Below, one piece after another: positions 1 to 10,357 of a DNA stretch of 31,668 bases. The stretch's first letter is position 1. Every line of letters starts with the position of its first letter. The DNA lies in IMG/VR virus record IMGVR_UViG_3300031519_007484, positions 1 to 31,668 of that record; one strand, 5' to 3'. The notes beneath the pieces were generated by a model, which saw nothing but the letters and a program-made list of their open reading frames with translations, made no database searches and was not told where the DNA came from. The translations under genes and the position numbers were made by a program. This DNA is from a virus. Lineage: Duplodnaviria; Caudoviricetes.

Positions 1-2
1 AC

Positions 3-1391
3 ATTACTTCGGGTACGTTAGCTGCCGCACGTATCCCAAGTCTTGCCACTTCTAAGATTACGTCAGGGACTTTTGCTGACGCTCGCATTCCAAGTCTTGC
101 CACTTCTAAGATTACGTCAGGGACTTTTGCTGACGCTCGCATTCCAAGTCTTGCCACTTCTAAGATTACGTCAGGGACTTTCGCTGACGCTCGCATTGCT
201 GGAAGCAACGTAACACAGCACCAAGCAGCCCTTTCGATTACAGAGTCACAAATCAGTAACTTTGGTAGCTATGCTACAGCAGGTGATGAAAACATCATTG
301 ATGGTGCAACAGCTATTTGGAATGCAGACGGTGATGGTGACGTATTTAATTACAATGATTCAAACCCCACACACAATGGAAAATACGTTGGTGCGGTAAT
401 CAACATTCACGGAGATGGGGCTGCTGACAGTTCTCTTGTGAGAGCGGGTCTATTCACATCGAATTTAATGTCTACCTTGAATGGATATTATGTTGGAGCT
501 TTACTTGGGAATGCTAATTCAACAACGACTCAAGTAATCAATAGTTCTGGAGCATGGACTGGAAGTGTTATTTCTGCCGCAAAGCTTAGTACAGCAACTA
601 CGCAGAGTTCCAATGAAAACAGCACTAAGATAGCGACAACTGCTTATGTAAAATCTCAAGGCTACAATAACTACACTCACCCAACTCACACTGGTGATGA
701 TATTAATATTGATACTGGAGCACTCACAGGTGCAACGGTTATTTCTGATCTTGATTTCAATGTTACAACGAATACCTTGGGCCATGTTACAGATGCCAAT
801 GGCACAGTTGCTACAAGGACACTAACTGCGGCAAATCTTGGTATCTCAGCACCTAACGCACCAGCAAGCGCGTCAGCAGCGATTGTCGGGAATACAGTAG
901 AGGTTACGTTTGCAGAGTCTACTACTTCGGACATTGATTCTTATCTTGTTTATAGTTCAATTGATGGAAGTGATTATGGTTTGATTTCTATTGTACCACC
1001 TGATGACTTTGCTGCTTCAATGAGCATTATTGATAATGCATTTGATGAAACAGGCACACAAGCATATCGTGTATATGCAATAAAATATGGTATTCTATCA
1101 AGTGCTACTACAGCGAGTATTGCTTATGCAGTTTCTTCTGCTGAACCTACAACAATGAGTGTAGTAAACCTTAACAATGCATACTATGTACAATGGAATC
1201 CACCAAGTTCTAATGCAAGATTTGTTACAGCATATAATGTTTATAAACACGAGCATGCAACACAAGGCAGCTTAAGTAGGAGTTCAGCATCATTACTTTA
1301 TTCTGGAATGAATACTAACTTTATGTATCAGATTAGCGGGACTAATAATAGCAACTTCCACCAATTCTGGGTAGAGACAACAATAGCATAA
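3..1391 (+). CDS. Tail fibre / virion structural protein, 5'-truncated by the window edge, with a C-terminal fibronectin-III-like region
   Basis: The frame of ORF 438..1391 is open back to position 3 (ITSGTLAAARIPSLATSKITSGTFADARI...). It has 18-aa fibre-type repeats, and the TKIATTAYVK and GHVT motifs typical of fibre shafts. The C-terminus (APNAPAS...VTF...SYLVY; VQWNPP...AYNVY) resembles FN3 folds. Confidence 0.75.
   Translation: MTSGTLAAARIPSLATSKITSGTFADARIPSLATSKITSGTFADARIPSLATSKITSGTFADARIAGSNVTQHQAALSITESQISNFGSYATAGDENIIDGATAIWNADGDGDVFNYNDSNPTHNGKYVGAVINIHGDGAADSSLVRAGLFTSNLMSTLNGYYVGALLGNANSTTTQVINSSGAWTGSVISAAKLSTATTQSSNENSTKIATTAYVKSQGYNNYTHPTHTGDDINIDTGALTGATVISDLDFNVTTNTLGHVTDANGTVATRTLTAANLGISAPNAPASASAAIVGNTVEVTFAESTTSDIDSYLVYSSIDGSDYGLISIVPPDDFAASMSIIDNAFDETGTQAYRVYAIKYGILSSATTASIAYAVSSAEPTTMSVVNLNNAYYVQWNPPSSNARFVTAYNVYKHEHATQGSLSRSSASLLYSGMNTNFMYQISGTNNSNFHQFWVETTIA
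36..197 (+). repeat. 3 x 54-bp in-frame tandem repeat (PSLATSKITSGTFADARI)
   Basis: ccaagtcttgccacttctaagattacgtcagggacttttgctgacgctcgcatt starts at 36, 90 and 144. The copies are near-identical, with a degenerate partial copy upstream. Confidence 0.95.
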
Positions 1392-1392
1392 G

Positions 1393-1551
1393 ATGGAAGA
1401 AGGTTTAGAATATTGGCAGTGGATCGTGGATCAGAGGACAGAGGACTTAAATCTTGAAATAGAGAGAGATGAAGATGATGTGCTTATTCGTCTATTAGTA
1501 GAGGAAAAGGATATCGCTCAACAAAAAGTAGATGAATTAACCGATGAGTAA
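1393..1551 (+). CDS. Small acidic hypothetical protein (52 aa, MEEGLEYWQWIVDQ...), absent from the ORF track
   Basis: ATG lies 1 nt after the upstream TAA and the stop overlaps the next start, filling the gap exactly. Confidence 0.7.
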   Translation: MEEGLEYWQWIVDQRTEDLNLEIERDEDDVLIRLLVEEKDIAQQKVDELTDE

Positions 1552-3292
1552 ACTAACAAAAGGTGACATTACGAGATCTAATATTATATCTCATAGTGGG
1601 GCAATTATCACTGATTCTAGTGACAATTCAGGTTTCGCGATATTCCCTCAATTTAAAGGAGGGTTATCTAATTCTGTTGTACGCAGCGGATCTGGGGATT
1701 ACGATGGGGGGGATAGAGTTATTAGTTTCCCTAACGGCTATGAGGTAGATGGTGACCTTTTGTTCACTGTAGGTTGGGGTGATGGATTTGGTGTGAGGCG
1801 TTTGAATAATGATGGGTCAATGACCAGAATATTTCAAGATTCTAACTTTTTATGGCGTGATACAGGAAGCACATATAATCATTTGAATGGAGTAGCAATC
1901 GATACGACTAATAAATTAGGCGTTGTAATGACTTACAATGTAGATGGATATACTACTTTTGATTATAGTGGTTGCGTAAATGGTGGGACTACTTTTGTAA
2001 AAGATGCTAGACCTACACACTCTAATCCACAAAGATTTATTGGTGGGGCAGGTGACAGTGGTTTGAATATATCTAGTCACGGTGTCTATTACACCAGTGG
2101 CATAGTCGCGGCGGGGGAGTGGATATATGTTGGAGAGTATGATGCTCGTCATTATAGAAGAGCAGTTCGTCGCAATCTTAATACTGGAGTTGAAGAAGTA
2201 ATTGGTAACAGTTCAGGAACTGGAGATTTATATAGTGGCAGTGCTACGATTGACCGCAATGGTTATCGATACACAGTATGTTATGATGAAGTGAACGACA
2301 GAGTGTTTTACTTTTCTTATTCGGGAGCAGCAAGTTTTATTGTCGTTCTTGACGCAAGCACATCTTCTCCAGAATTATTGTGGTGTGACATGGGGGATAC
2401 GGGGCAAGGAACAGCCTCATACGATATGGGGATGCATATACCAGATCCAATAAATGCTCCCAATAGAATGTGGATAGGACATAACAATAGGTTTAACGAT
2501 ATTGATATTACCCCTTGTTTTACTGGATCAGCACCTACGATCCACGCGAATATCCCCACAATTAAGTATTTCATAACAAACCCTTTAAATCGCTTAGGGA
2601 CAAAGTATCAAAAGACAAGTGGTGTTCCTATGGATAAGATTCCTTCATACCCCAATTTGGTTCAATTGAGTGCAGATAGAGGTAGGTGTGACGTTGGCGG
2701 TTGGCTTGACACAGACAACAATGTTCCTGTAGCTATTGATAATTATTCTTCAGTCACAGAAGATACCAGCAATGGTAGAGGGGGGTCACCGTATTTCGAT
2801 TATGGCTGCCCTGCTGTGTTAATGGAATCCGCTAACGGAACTAAGTATTGGGTTAAAATGGGTTATGGAGGCCACGGACATTCGTTCCAAGTTTGGGCTG
2901 AAAACACAAAACCATACGAATTAAAGGGGAGTTGGGAGGTAGTATTCGGGACATACACTTTGGCGAACAGTGCTAATATCGATCATGTTTCTTTACCACA
3001 AGGAATTTCTTTTGGTGTCCCTAGTTCAACAACGTTAACGATATACGTATCCAATAATAATGGAAGCACTTGGGAAACATACGACAAAGATTCTACTGAA
3101 ACTCATGTCTTCTCTACAAGTGGGACACAGTTAAGGATTAGATTCTCTGCTAATGGTCAACCAGACAAAGTACCTTATTATAGTGGTAATGGAGGAGATG
3201 GTCCTCTTAAGGTTTTTTATGGTTCACTCCACGCAGCAGCGAAAGACTCCAACATTAAATTTAAGATAAATAGAAAAAGGTTAAGACACTAA
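1544..3292 (+). CDS. Putative tail-associated beta-rich protein (582 aa)
   Basis: Long G/S/D/Y-rich ORF between two fibre genes. It carries an Asp-box-like SNNNGSTW motif near the C-terminus. Confidence 0.55.
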   Translation: MSKLTKGDITRSNIISHSGAIITDSSDNSGFAIFPQFKGGLSNSVVRSGSGDYDGGDRVISFPNGYEVDGDLLFTVGWGDGFGVRRLNNDGSMTRIFQDSNFLWRDTGSTYNHLNGVAIDTTNKLGVVMTYNVDGYTTFDYSGCVNGGTTFVKDARPTHSNPQRFIGGAGDSGLNISSHGVYYTSGIVAAGEWIYVGEYDARHYRRAVRRNLNTGVEEVIGNSSGTGDLYSGSATIDRNGYRYTVCYDEVNDRVFYFSYSGAASFIVVLDASTSSPELLWCDMGDTGQGTASYDMGMHIPDPINAPNRMWIGHNNRFNDIDITPCFTGSAPTIHANIPTIKYFITNPLNRLGTKYQKTSGVPMDKIPSYPNLVQLSADRGRCDVGGWLDTDNNVPVAIDNYSSVTEDTSNGRGGSPYFDYGCPAVLMESANGTKYWVKMGYGGHGHSFQVWAENTKPYELKGSWEVVFGTYTLANSANIDHVSLPQGISFGVPSSTTLTIYVSNNNGSTWETYDKDSTETHVFSTSGTQLRIRFSANGQPDKVPYYSGNGGDGPLKVFYGSLHAAAKDSNIKFKINRKRLRH

Positions 3293-3296
3293 TATC

Positions 3297-6200
3297 ATGG
3301 CAACAGTAACTTCATCGAAAAGACAACTAACACACACCTCTAATACTTACGAAAGTAATGGAGATGTTACTATAGGAGGGAACCTGAATATCAATGGTAC
3401 TACTACGACCATTGATACAGCAAACCTATTAGTTGAGGACAAGAATATTATTATAGGTGATGTATCATCTCCTACTGATGTCACAGCAGATTTTGGTGGT
3501 ATTACATTGAAAGGAGCGACTGATAAGACGATTAATTGGGTTAACTCTACTAATGCTTGGACATCTAATCAGATTTTCTCTGCTCCTAATTTAACATTAA
3601 CTAGTTTATCCAATCATAGCTCAGAAGCTACTGCGTTGGTTGTTAATGGTAGTAATGTTGTTGGTACAAGAGAGCTTGGGTCTAATGCTTTTAATAGTAC
3701 TTCATTTTTAACTAGTTATACTGAAACAGACACACTATCTACTGTAACAGGTAGAGGAAGAGCGACTAATAGTGTTGGTTCCGCAGTTTGGAGCGCGACT
3801 ACACAAGGAGCAAGTCAGGGCAATATACACATCATGAGTATAGGCACTGACCATGCGGGTGGTGCAATCACTTTCGATGCGTCTGATTCAAATGGCGCTC
3901 AAGCGGGTATCTATGTTAAGTCTGATGGGAATTATGGTACAAAAATGTATCTATCGACGACAGATAGTTATTCCTCAGGTTCTATATCTGCAATATCAAT
4001 TGACCATCAGGGCTATGTTAACATTGTAAGGGGTAGCGATAGACTAACGGTTAATGGGAATACAGTTTGGCATGCAGGCCATTTTGCGAACAACTCATCC
4101 AACTGGAACACAGCTTATACGCATACTTCAGCCACAAACAACCCACATAGCGTTACGAAAAGCCAAGTTGGTTTAAGCAGTGTGACAAACGAGAGCAAGG
4201 CCACGATGTTCGCTAGTCCTACATTTACGGGGACCGTTAGTGGTGTAACTAAAAGTCACGTTGGCCTAGGTAGTGTCGCCAACGAGAGTAAGGCTACGAT
4301 GTTTACGAACGCTGCTCTCACAGGAAATCCTACAGCAACTACGCAATCTTCAAATGAGAATAGTACTAAGATAGCGACAACTTCTTATGTAAAATCTCAA
4401 GGCTATATCACATCTGCTAATGGGGGTAATGCAACCACACTTGACGGTATTGATAGTTCTGCATTCTTAAGGAGTAATGCTTCTGATACTGCTTCAGGTG
4501 CTATCTCCTTTACTGGTGGTCACGGAGCGATTAACATAACTAACTCTTCGATTGTATCAAATAGAACTTCAACTTGGACAGGTAATCCGGGTACTCAAGG
4601 TAAAATACAATATCACTCAGCTAGATGGTACATTGTAGCAGATTCAGCTTCAGATCGAATTGTACAGTTTAGAAGAGATGGCTCCGATGTATCTTATATT
4701 GCTAATAGCGGAAATTTTGTTGGGAATGTTACAGGTAATGTTTCAGGAAGTTCAGGTTCTTGTACTGGCAATGCAGCTACAGCGACTACAGCGACTAAGT
4801 TAAACCATTACGTTAATAGAACTGATTCAACTACCTACCCTATAACTTGGATGTCAGGGTCTCCTAGTCATGCGTATAGTTGTGCTGCGGTTACTATTAC
4901 GTCAAGCGTTGGGCGAATAAACGCTACCACGTTTAACGGAGCTTTGACAGGTAATGCAACTACAGCTACAACATTAGCAAACGCGAGAACGATTGCTGGA
5001 ACGAGTTTTAATGGTTCAGCAAACATTAGTATTAGCTATAATAATCTAACTAATAAACCTACAATCCCTTCTGCTTACTCCTTACCACTAGCTTCTTCTT
5101 CTACTAGAGGTGGCGTTAAGATTGGATATAGTGAGAGCGGTAAGAATTACCCCGTCGAACTCTCATCTGAGAAGATGTATGTTAATGTTCCTTGGACGGA
5201 CACGAATACGACTTACGATCTGTCTAGTTACGCTACGCAGTCTTACGTTGGGACGCAGATATCTAACTTAGTTGGCGGTGCGCCAGCAGCATTGGATACT
5301 CTTAACGAGTTAGCAGCTGCGCTTGGTGATGACGCGAGTTATGCTTCTTCCATAACTTCGGCACTGGCTGGAAAACAGGCAGCAGGAACATATAATACCA
5401 TTATCGGAACAGATTCTGATATTAATACGTCTGGTTCTACTATCGTTGACAACATTTACGTTACTGATGGTGTCATCACCAGTATGGGGACTAGGGTACT
5501 AACACTCGCAAACCTTGGTTATACAGGAGCTACGAACGCTAACAACTATTCTCTGCCAAGCAATGTAGTAACCAACACTAATGCATACAACATCACTAAT
5601 AGGCTGAGATTCTCAGCGAACCAGCAAAATAATTGGGATACTATCGCAACATCATCAGGCTCTCAAGGTGGTTTAGAGATATACAATACTGGATCTGGAA
5701 ATGATGCTTTCATAGCTTTCCACGCAGGAGGAGATTACGCCGGATACTTCGGCTTAGACGCTGACACTAATGATTTGGCTTGGGGAGGGTGGTCAGTCGG
5801 AGCGGTTAAGCACAGAATGTTCCATGCCGGAAATAGCGCACAATATACTTCTTCGCTAAACACCAAACTGGGCGGTATCGCAACCAGTGCTAACAACTAT
5901 TCGTTGCCTGCTGGATCTAGTTCAACTAGAGGCGGTTTCAAGATTGGGTATAGTGAGAGTGGTAAGAACTACCCCGTCGAACTCTCATCTGAAAAGATGT
6001 ATGTCAATGTCCCTTGGTCAGATACGAATACCAACACAACTTACTCAGGTGGCACTGGCATTACTTTAAGCGGGACTACGTTCAACCTAACTGATACAGC
6101 CGCTAAGCTATCACTATCTGGTGGCACTTTGACTGGAACTCTCAATTCAAGAGATATTAAGTTAGGTAGCGGTTACCATCTCATGCGCTCTAGTCACCAT

Positions 6201-8084
6201 ACGGGCCACCTTGAAGGTTCGTATAATAATGTTGGTGGTAATGCCGCTAAGAGCAACCCAATATACACGATTGGTTCAAGCTATAACCCTGTTGACGCTT
6301 CTCTAAGCAACATGTATGGCATCGGCTACACCACCGCCTCCGCTTCGTTCATTAACTTTACTGGAGCTTCTGATTGGGGAATGTATGTTGCAGCAGATGG
6401 AGACGCAAGAGTCTGGCTAGATGGATCTAACGGTGTTATTTCTTCTACAGGAGAACACTATGTTGGTTCAAATAGAGTCTTCCATGCTGGTTACCACCCG
6501 AATGCAGATCAGCTCACCACTGCGAGAACCATTAGTTTGGCTGGTGACGTAACAGGTAGCGTTTCCTTCAACGGATCTGGGAATGTTAGTATTACTTCGG
6601 CTCTCGCAGCTAATTCAGTTGGTTCAAGTGAGATTGGGTCCGGTGCAGTTGGCGCGAGTGAGATCGGTAACGACGTAGTTAATAGTCAGCACTATGCTGC
6701 TGGATCTATTGACAATGAACATATTGCTGATAATGCTATCAACTCTGAACATTATGCTAATGGATCTATCGACAACGCACATATTGCTGATAATGCTATT
6801 AACTCTGAACACTATGCTGACAACAGTATAGACGCTCTTCACCTGAATGTGGCAGGCAACGGCACTACGTCTCAGTATCTACGATCTGATGGTGACGGTA
6901 CTATGTCTTGGGTTACGCCTCCAAATACCGACACTAACACAACCTATTCGGCTGGCACAGGCTTAACATTATCAGGGACTACATTTAGTATAACAGATAC
7001 TATTTCTTCTAGTGCTAGTAATAACACCATCGTTAAACGACACGGCTCTGGTTACATCTTTGCAAATTACTTCAACACTAGTCCTAATACTGTTTCTAGT
7101 GGCATCACTCAAATTTGTGTTGAAACGGGTAACGATGGTTATATTCGCCACGGAACTGCCGCAGCGGTAAGATCATTTATTAATGTTGCCAGTGGTGCTA
7201 ACAACTACTCGCTACCCGCTGGATCTAGTTCTACTAGAGGAGGTTTCAAAATTGGATATACTGAGAGTGGTAAGTATTACCCCGTTGAAGTCGATTCTTC
7301 AGAGAAGATGTTTGTTAACGTACCTTGGGTAGATACTAATACAAATACGAATACAACCTATTCTGCTGGAACTGGAATCTCGTTAAGCGGAACTACGTTC
7401 AACCTAACTGATACAGCATCTAAGTTAAATCTCAGTGGTGGCACGATGACTGGAACGCTTGAAATTAAAAAAGCCCAAAGCACAGCGGCATTTACAAATC
7501 CTTTCTTAAAGCTCCAGCCTACATCTACCACAAACGGTACAGGTGTAACAACAATATACATGAGTACTACTACAGCAAGTAGTGCATATGGAGTATCGTT
7601 GAATGCTTGGAGAAACCCTACTGATAATCAGGCATTTACCATCAAACAGCATATTGGAACTGCTGCTGGATACGACCGATTAACTATTCTAAAGAATGGT
7701 AATGTTGGTATAGGGACTACTACTCCTTCTTCGAAGCTTCAAGTCAATGGGACCCTCGCAGCTACGACGAAGAACTTTTTAATCGACAACCCCAAAACTG
7801 GAGGTGAGCTGCAATACAGCGTAATCGAAAGTAATGAGCATGGTGTAAGCGTAAGAGGTGAATCAGATCAAGAAGAAATTCAATTACCCGACGAGTGGGA
7901 ATGGCTTGTTCATGAAGATAGCGTGACAGTCCACCTCACATCAATTGATCAAGTGCAGCACTTGTTTGTATTAGAACGCAATAACATAAGAGTTCGGGTT
8001 GGTGGAATAGCAACTAATGGGCAATACAGCTATGTGATCTCCGGGACACGCAAAGATGTAGATCCTCTTGAAGTGCATATTTAA
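3297..8084 (+). CDS. Long tail fibre protein (1595 aa)
   Basis: Contains fibre motifs NPHSVTKSQVGL, NARTIAG, APAALDTLNELAAAL, ARTISLAGDVTGSVSF and GNVGIGTTTPSSKLQV. The C-terminal KNFLIDNP...VRG...QLPDEW...VTVHLT domain is common at the ends of phage fibres. Confidence 0.9.
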   Translation: MATVTSSKRQLTHTSNTYESNGDVTIGGNLNINGTTTTIDTANLLVEDKNIIIGDVSSPTDVTADFGGITLKGATDKTINWVNSTNAWTSNQIFSAPNLTLTSLSNHSSEATALVVNGSNVVGTRELGSNAFNSTSFLTSYTETDTLSTVTGRGRATNSVGSAVWSATTQGASQGNIHIMSIGTDHAGGAITFDASDSNGAQAGIYVKSDGNYGTKMYLSTTDSYSSGSISAISIDHQGYVNIVRGSDRLTVNGNTVWHAGHFANNSSNWNTAYTHTSATNNPHSVTKSQVGLSSVTNESKATMFASPTFTGTVSGVTKSHVGLGSVANESKATMFTNAALTGNPTATTQSSNENSTKIATTSYVKSQGYITSANGGNATTLDGIDSSAFLRSNASDTASGAISFTGGHGAINITNSSIVSNRTSTWTGNPGTQGKIQYHSARWYIVADSASDRIVQFRRDGSDVSYIANSGNFVGNVTGNVSGSSGSCTGNAATATTATKLNHYVNRTDSTTYPITWMSGSPSHAYSCAAVTITSSVGRINATTFNGALTGNATTATTLANARTIAGTSFNGSANISISYNNLTNKPTIPSAYSLPLASSSTRGGVKIGYSESGKNYPVELSSEKMYVNVPWTDTNTTYDLSSYATQSYVGTQISNLVGGAPAALDTLNELAAALGDDASYASSITSALAGKQAAGTYNTIIGTDSDINTSGSTIVDNIYVTDGVITSMGTRVLTLANLGYTGATNANNYSLPSNVVTNTNAYNITNRLRFSANQQNNWDTIATSSGSQGGLEIYNTGSGNDAFIAFHAGGDYAGYFGLDADTNDLAWGGWSVGAVKHRMFHAGNSAQYTSSLNTKLGGIATSANNYSLPAGSSSTRGGFKIGYSESGKNYPVELSSEKMYVNVPWSDTNTNTTYSGGTGITLSGTTFNLTDTAAKLSLSGGTLTGTLNSRDIKLGSGYHLMRSSHHTGHLEGSYNNVGGNAAKSNPIYTIGSSYNPVDASLSNMYGIGYTTASASFINFTGASDWGMYVAADGDARVWLDGSNGVISSTGEHYVGSNRVFHAGYHPNADQLTTARTISLAGDVTGSVSFNGSGNVSITSALAANSVGSSEIGSGAVGASEIGNDVVNSQHYAAGSIDNEHIADNAINSEHYANGSIDNAHIADNAINSEHYADNSIDALHLNVAGNGTTSQYLRSDGDGTMSWVTPPNTDTNTTYSAGTGLTLSGTTFSITDTISSSASNNTIVKRHGSGYIFANYFNTSPNTVSSGITQICVETGNDGYIRHGTAAAVRSFINVASGANNYSLPAGSSSTRGGFKIGYTESGKYYPVEVDSSEKMFVNVPWVDTNTNTNTTYSAGTGISLSGTTFNLTDTASKLNLSGGTMTGTLEIKKAQSTAAFTNPFLKLQPTSTTNGTGVTTIYMSTTTASSAYGVSLNAWRNPTDNQAFTIKQHIGTAAGYDRLTILKNGNVGIGTTTPSSKLQVNGTLAATTKNFLIDNPKTGGELQYSVIESNEHGVSVRGESDQEEIQLPDEWEWLVHEDSVTVHLTSIDQVQHLFVLERNNIRVRVGGIATNGQYSYVISGTRKDVDPLEVHI
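5076..7460 (+). repeat. Three dispersed copies of a ~45-80 aa module (YSLP..SSSTRGG.KIGY.ESGK.YPVE...EKM.VNVPW.DTNT)
   Basis: Copies start at about 5076, 5898 and 7206. Copies 2 and 3 extend into TYS.GTGI.LSGTTFNLTDTA.KL.LSGGT. Differences are mostly synonymous. Confidence 0.9.
6670..6842 (+). repeat. 60-bp period tandem repeat in the tail fibre (DNEHIADNAINSEHYANGSI)
   Basis: catattgctgataatgctat.aactctgaaca.tatgct is repeated 60 bp apart, with an underlying 10-aa period. Confidence 0.85.
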
Positions 8085-8174
8085 AATATTATGTTTAAGA
8101 ACAGAAATCAATACCTTAATCCAGCGGGTACAAAAGCTGGTTACTGCAAATAAAAATACCTAAATAAAAATACC

Positions 8175-8582
8175 ATGTCCGTAACTATCCAACTATCCGA
8201 ACCAGTCTCTAGAGACGCTGTAATTGCAGCCCCTGCTAAAGACTTCTCTCAGGCGTATATCCTGCACCTGAACGTCAATGCTGAAGATGCAAGTCCAAAT
8301 GACAACATAAACATTACTTATTGCCCTTTTGACAAAGAAAGTGGTGAGCGTCTCCTGACTGAACAGCGCGAGATATCCGCCCCCTTTTGGCAGCTTATGG
8401 AAGAGGTTCCCGAAGCCGCTGCTGCATTTAAAGCAGTCTGTGACGCACTGCCGACCTTAATAGCCAACAAGAAGAAGGCCGACGATGATTTTCGAGAGGC
8501 TCAAGAAGCTGCCGCGCAGGAGCTAATCGAAGCAGCCGCCGCGCAGGAGCTAATCGAAGCAGCCGCCAGTAACATAGAATAA
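8175..8582 (+). CDS. Hypothetical protein, possibly a fibre assembly helper
   Basis: ORF downstream of the fibre gene with an acidic helical C-terminus. The function is inferred from position only. Confidence 0.6.
   Translation: MSVTIQLSEPVSRDAVIAAPAKDFSQAYILHLNVNAEDASPNDNINITYCPFDKESGERLLTEQREISAPFWQLMEEVPEAAAAFKAVCDALPTLIANKKKADDDFREAQEAAAQELIEAAAAQELIEAAASNIE
8511..8564 (+). repeat. Perfect 2 x 27-bp in-frame duplication (AAQELIEAA)
   Basis: gccgcgcaggagctaatcgaagcagcc occurs at 8511 and 8538. Confidence 0.95.
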
Positions 8583-8687
8583 GTATCAGGCATGGCGATA
8601 AAATACGCATTTTTAAAACTAAAAAACATAAATTAAGTTCGCGAAGGTTCTCCGGCAGGCTTCCGTTAAAATTTCACTGTTAATTTG

Positions 8688-8715
8688 TTGAATTATTCTT
8701 TTATATAGCTATAAT
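8688..8715 (+). promoter_or_regulatory. Sigma70-like promoter, near-leaderless
   Basis: TTGAAT-N16-TATAAT, then 9 nt to ATG at 8725. Confidence 0.6.
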
Positions 8716-8724
8716 CAAGTGCAT

Positions 8725-8931
8725 ATGAATGAAATTAAAATTACCTTACAAGAGAATGAGGCTAATGCTCTTCTCCAGATTATTGATGTCGCGGTCAAAG
8801 CCCAAGGGCTTCAACTTGCTGAAGTAGGATCTTTCCTTGCTACTAAAATTCAAGAGCAAGCAAAAGCTCAGTTACCTAACCCAGATGTTGAAGCTGAAAT
8901 CAAAGCCGAAGCTTCAACTGAGGGCGAATAA
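8725..8931 (+). CDS. Hypothetical protein (68 aa)
   Basis: ORF from the track; ATG at 8725 is preferred over GTG at 8719. Confidence 0.7.
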   Translation: MNEIKITLQENEANALLQIIDVAVKAQGLQLAEVGSFLATKIQEQAKAQLPNPDVEAEIKAEASTEGE

Positions 8932-8933
8932 AA

Positions 8934-9566
8934 ATGCGCTTTTCCGCTAAAGCCAAAATTGTCAAAGAAGTTCAAGGCAAGCTTGGTTTGAAAGCTGATG
9001 GAATTGATGGCCCTACTACATGGAAAATGATTTGGGAGCAGTTGGTTCACGATGCAAAAGGCGAATCAGAAAAGCCAGAGCCACCAGTTGAAGAGCTTAA
9101 AGATAATTATCCTGAAGTTTACAAAGCGTCCCCAAACCAGTCTGGGACTATTAAACCGAAGTATGTGATTCTGCATCATAGCAGTGGAAGTCATGATGGG
9201 ACTCGTTCATGGATTTTAAATGCCGCATCAAAGGTTAGTTACCACTATCTTATTGCAGCTGATGGATCTTGCACACAGTTCGTTTATGACAAGAAAAAAG
9301 CTTGGCATGCTGGAAGATCTTCTTGGGAAGGTGTTAGCGGGTTAAACAGTCATAGTGTTGGTATTTCTTTCTATGGAGACACTAATAAACGAACACTAAG
9401 TGCGGCTGAAATTGATTCTGCTGCTAAGAAGTGCAAGTATCTTATGGATAAATTTGGTTTTGGGATTGAAAATATTCTAACACATAAAATGATTGCACCT
9501 AATAGGAAGAATGACCCTTCAGACGAGGCTTATCAAATGGTCATTAATCGTATTAAAGAGCTTTAG
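8934..9566 (+). CDS. Endolysin: N-acetylmuramoyl-L-alanine amidase (Amidase_2) with an N-terminal peptidoglycan-binding domain
   Basis: PG-binding motif VQGKLGLKADGIDGPTTW. Amidase motifs ILHHS, SYHYLI, AWHAG.S, NSHSVGI and THKMIAPNRKNDP. Confidence 0.9.
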   Translation: MRFSAKAKIVKEVQGKLGLKADGIDGPTTWKMIWEQLVHDAKGESEKPEPPVEELKDNYPEVYKASPNQSGTIKPKYVILHHSSGSHDGTRSWILNAASKVSYHYLIAADGSCTQFVYDKKKAWHAGRSSWEGVSGLNSHSVGISFYGDTNKRTLSAAEIDSAAKKCKYLMDKFGFGIENILTHKMIAPNRKNDPSDEAYQMVINRIKEL

Positions 9567-9629
9567 AGGGTGGTTTATAGAAAAAGGCGGGTCCACCTCT
9601 TATCTATCGGTGGACTCGCAACCAATATC

Positions 9630-9926
9630 ATGAGTCAAGAGATAATGAATATTAAAGTGGATCGTCACGACATTTTTGATTATGTTATAGGGAATGCTTC
9701 CTATGATCCAATTGAAAAATGCATTGACCCAATGTTATATGAAACATATGGAGACTTTATCCTTAAGATCGCAGGTCAAGAGTACATCTATCAATTAGAG
9801 GACTATCAACGTTTCTATAATGAAATGTTTAAGTTGAAAACAAAAGCGCTCAACATGCAAACCTCCGAAATTTTAAGACTGTGTGAGGAAATTGAAGAGA
9901 TCGCTCCTAAAATGGTAAGTCTATGA
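9630..9926 (+). CDS. Hypothetical protein
   Basis: ORF 9570..9926, with ATG at 9630 the more plausible start. The stop overlaps the next ATG (ATGA). Confidence 0.7.
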   Translation: MSQEIMNIKVDRHDIFDYVIGNASYDPIEKCIDPMLYETYGDFILKIAGQEYIYQLEDYQRFYNEMFKLKTKALNMQTSEILRLCEEIEEIAPKMVSL

Positions 9927-10342
9927 GACCTTTTGAGAACGCATTCAACAAAATGTTGGAGAGAGAAGAATCTATGAAATACGAAGAACTAAGTAAATTA
10001 GTTATTGAGTGGGGGGAAAGCAAGGGTATTCTTGCCGAATCTACTCCATTACGCCAACTAGATAAAACCCAAGAAGAACTTGATGAAACAAGGCAAGCTT
10101 TACAGAAGTTAAATGATTTTGATTATCAAGCAGATTTCATGGAGGGTATTGGGATTCCTACCCCAAGTGAAGAGGATATTCGTGCAGAAGTAAAAGATGG
10201 TATTGGTGATATGTTAGTCACTATTGTTTTATTAGCTAAGATGGTTGATATGGATACAGTTGATAGCCTGAATTCTGCTTATGGTGTGATTAAAAAGCGT
10301 ACGGGTAAGATGGTGGATGGGCAATTTGTAAAAGATAAGTAA
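9923..10342 (+). CDS. MazG-like nucleotide pyrophosphohydrolase
   Basis: Motifs QLDKTQEELDE, EVKDGIGDMLVTIVLL and AYGVIKKRTGKMVDGQFVK fit a phage all-alpha NTP-PPase. Confidence 0.8.
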   Translation: MRPFENAFNKMLEREESMKYEELSKLVIEWGESKGILAESTPLRQLDKTQEELDETRQALQKLNDFDYQADFMEGIGIPTPSEEDIRAEVKDGIGDMLVTIVLLAKMVDMDTVDSLNSAYGVIKKRTGKMVDGQFVKDK

Positions 10343-10357
10343 TAGAGGAAGAGTGAA

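Noticed and set aside
5076-7460. Diversity-generating retroelement TR/VR pair in the fibre repeats
   Set aside because: Mismatches are mostly synonymous third positions rather than adenine-specific, all copies are coding, and no reverse transcriptase is in the window.
8091-8153. 20-aa ORF after the fibre gene
   Set aside because: Too short to support.
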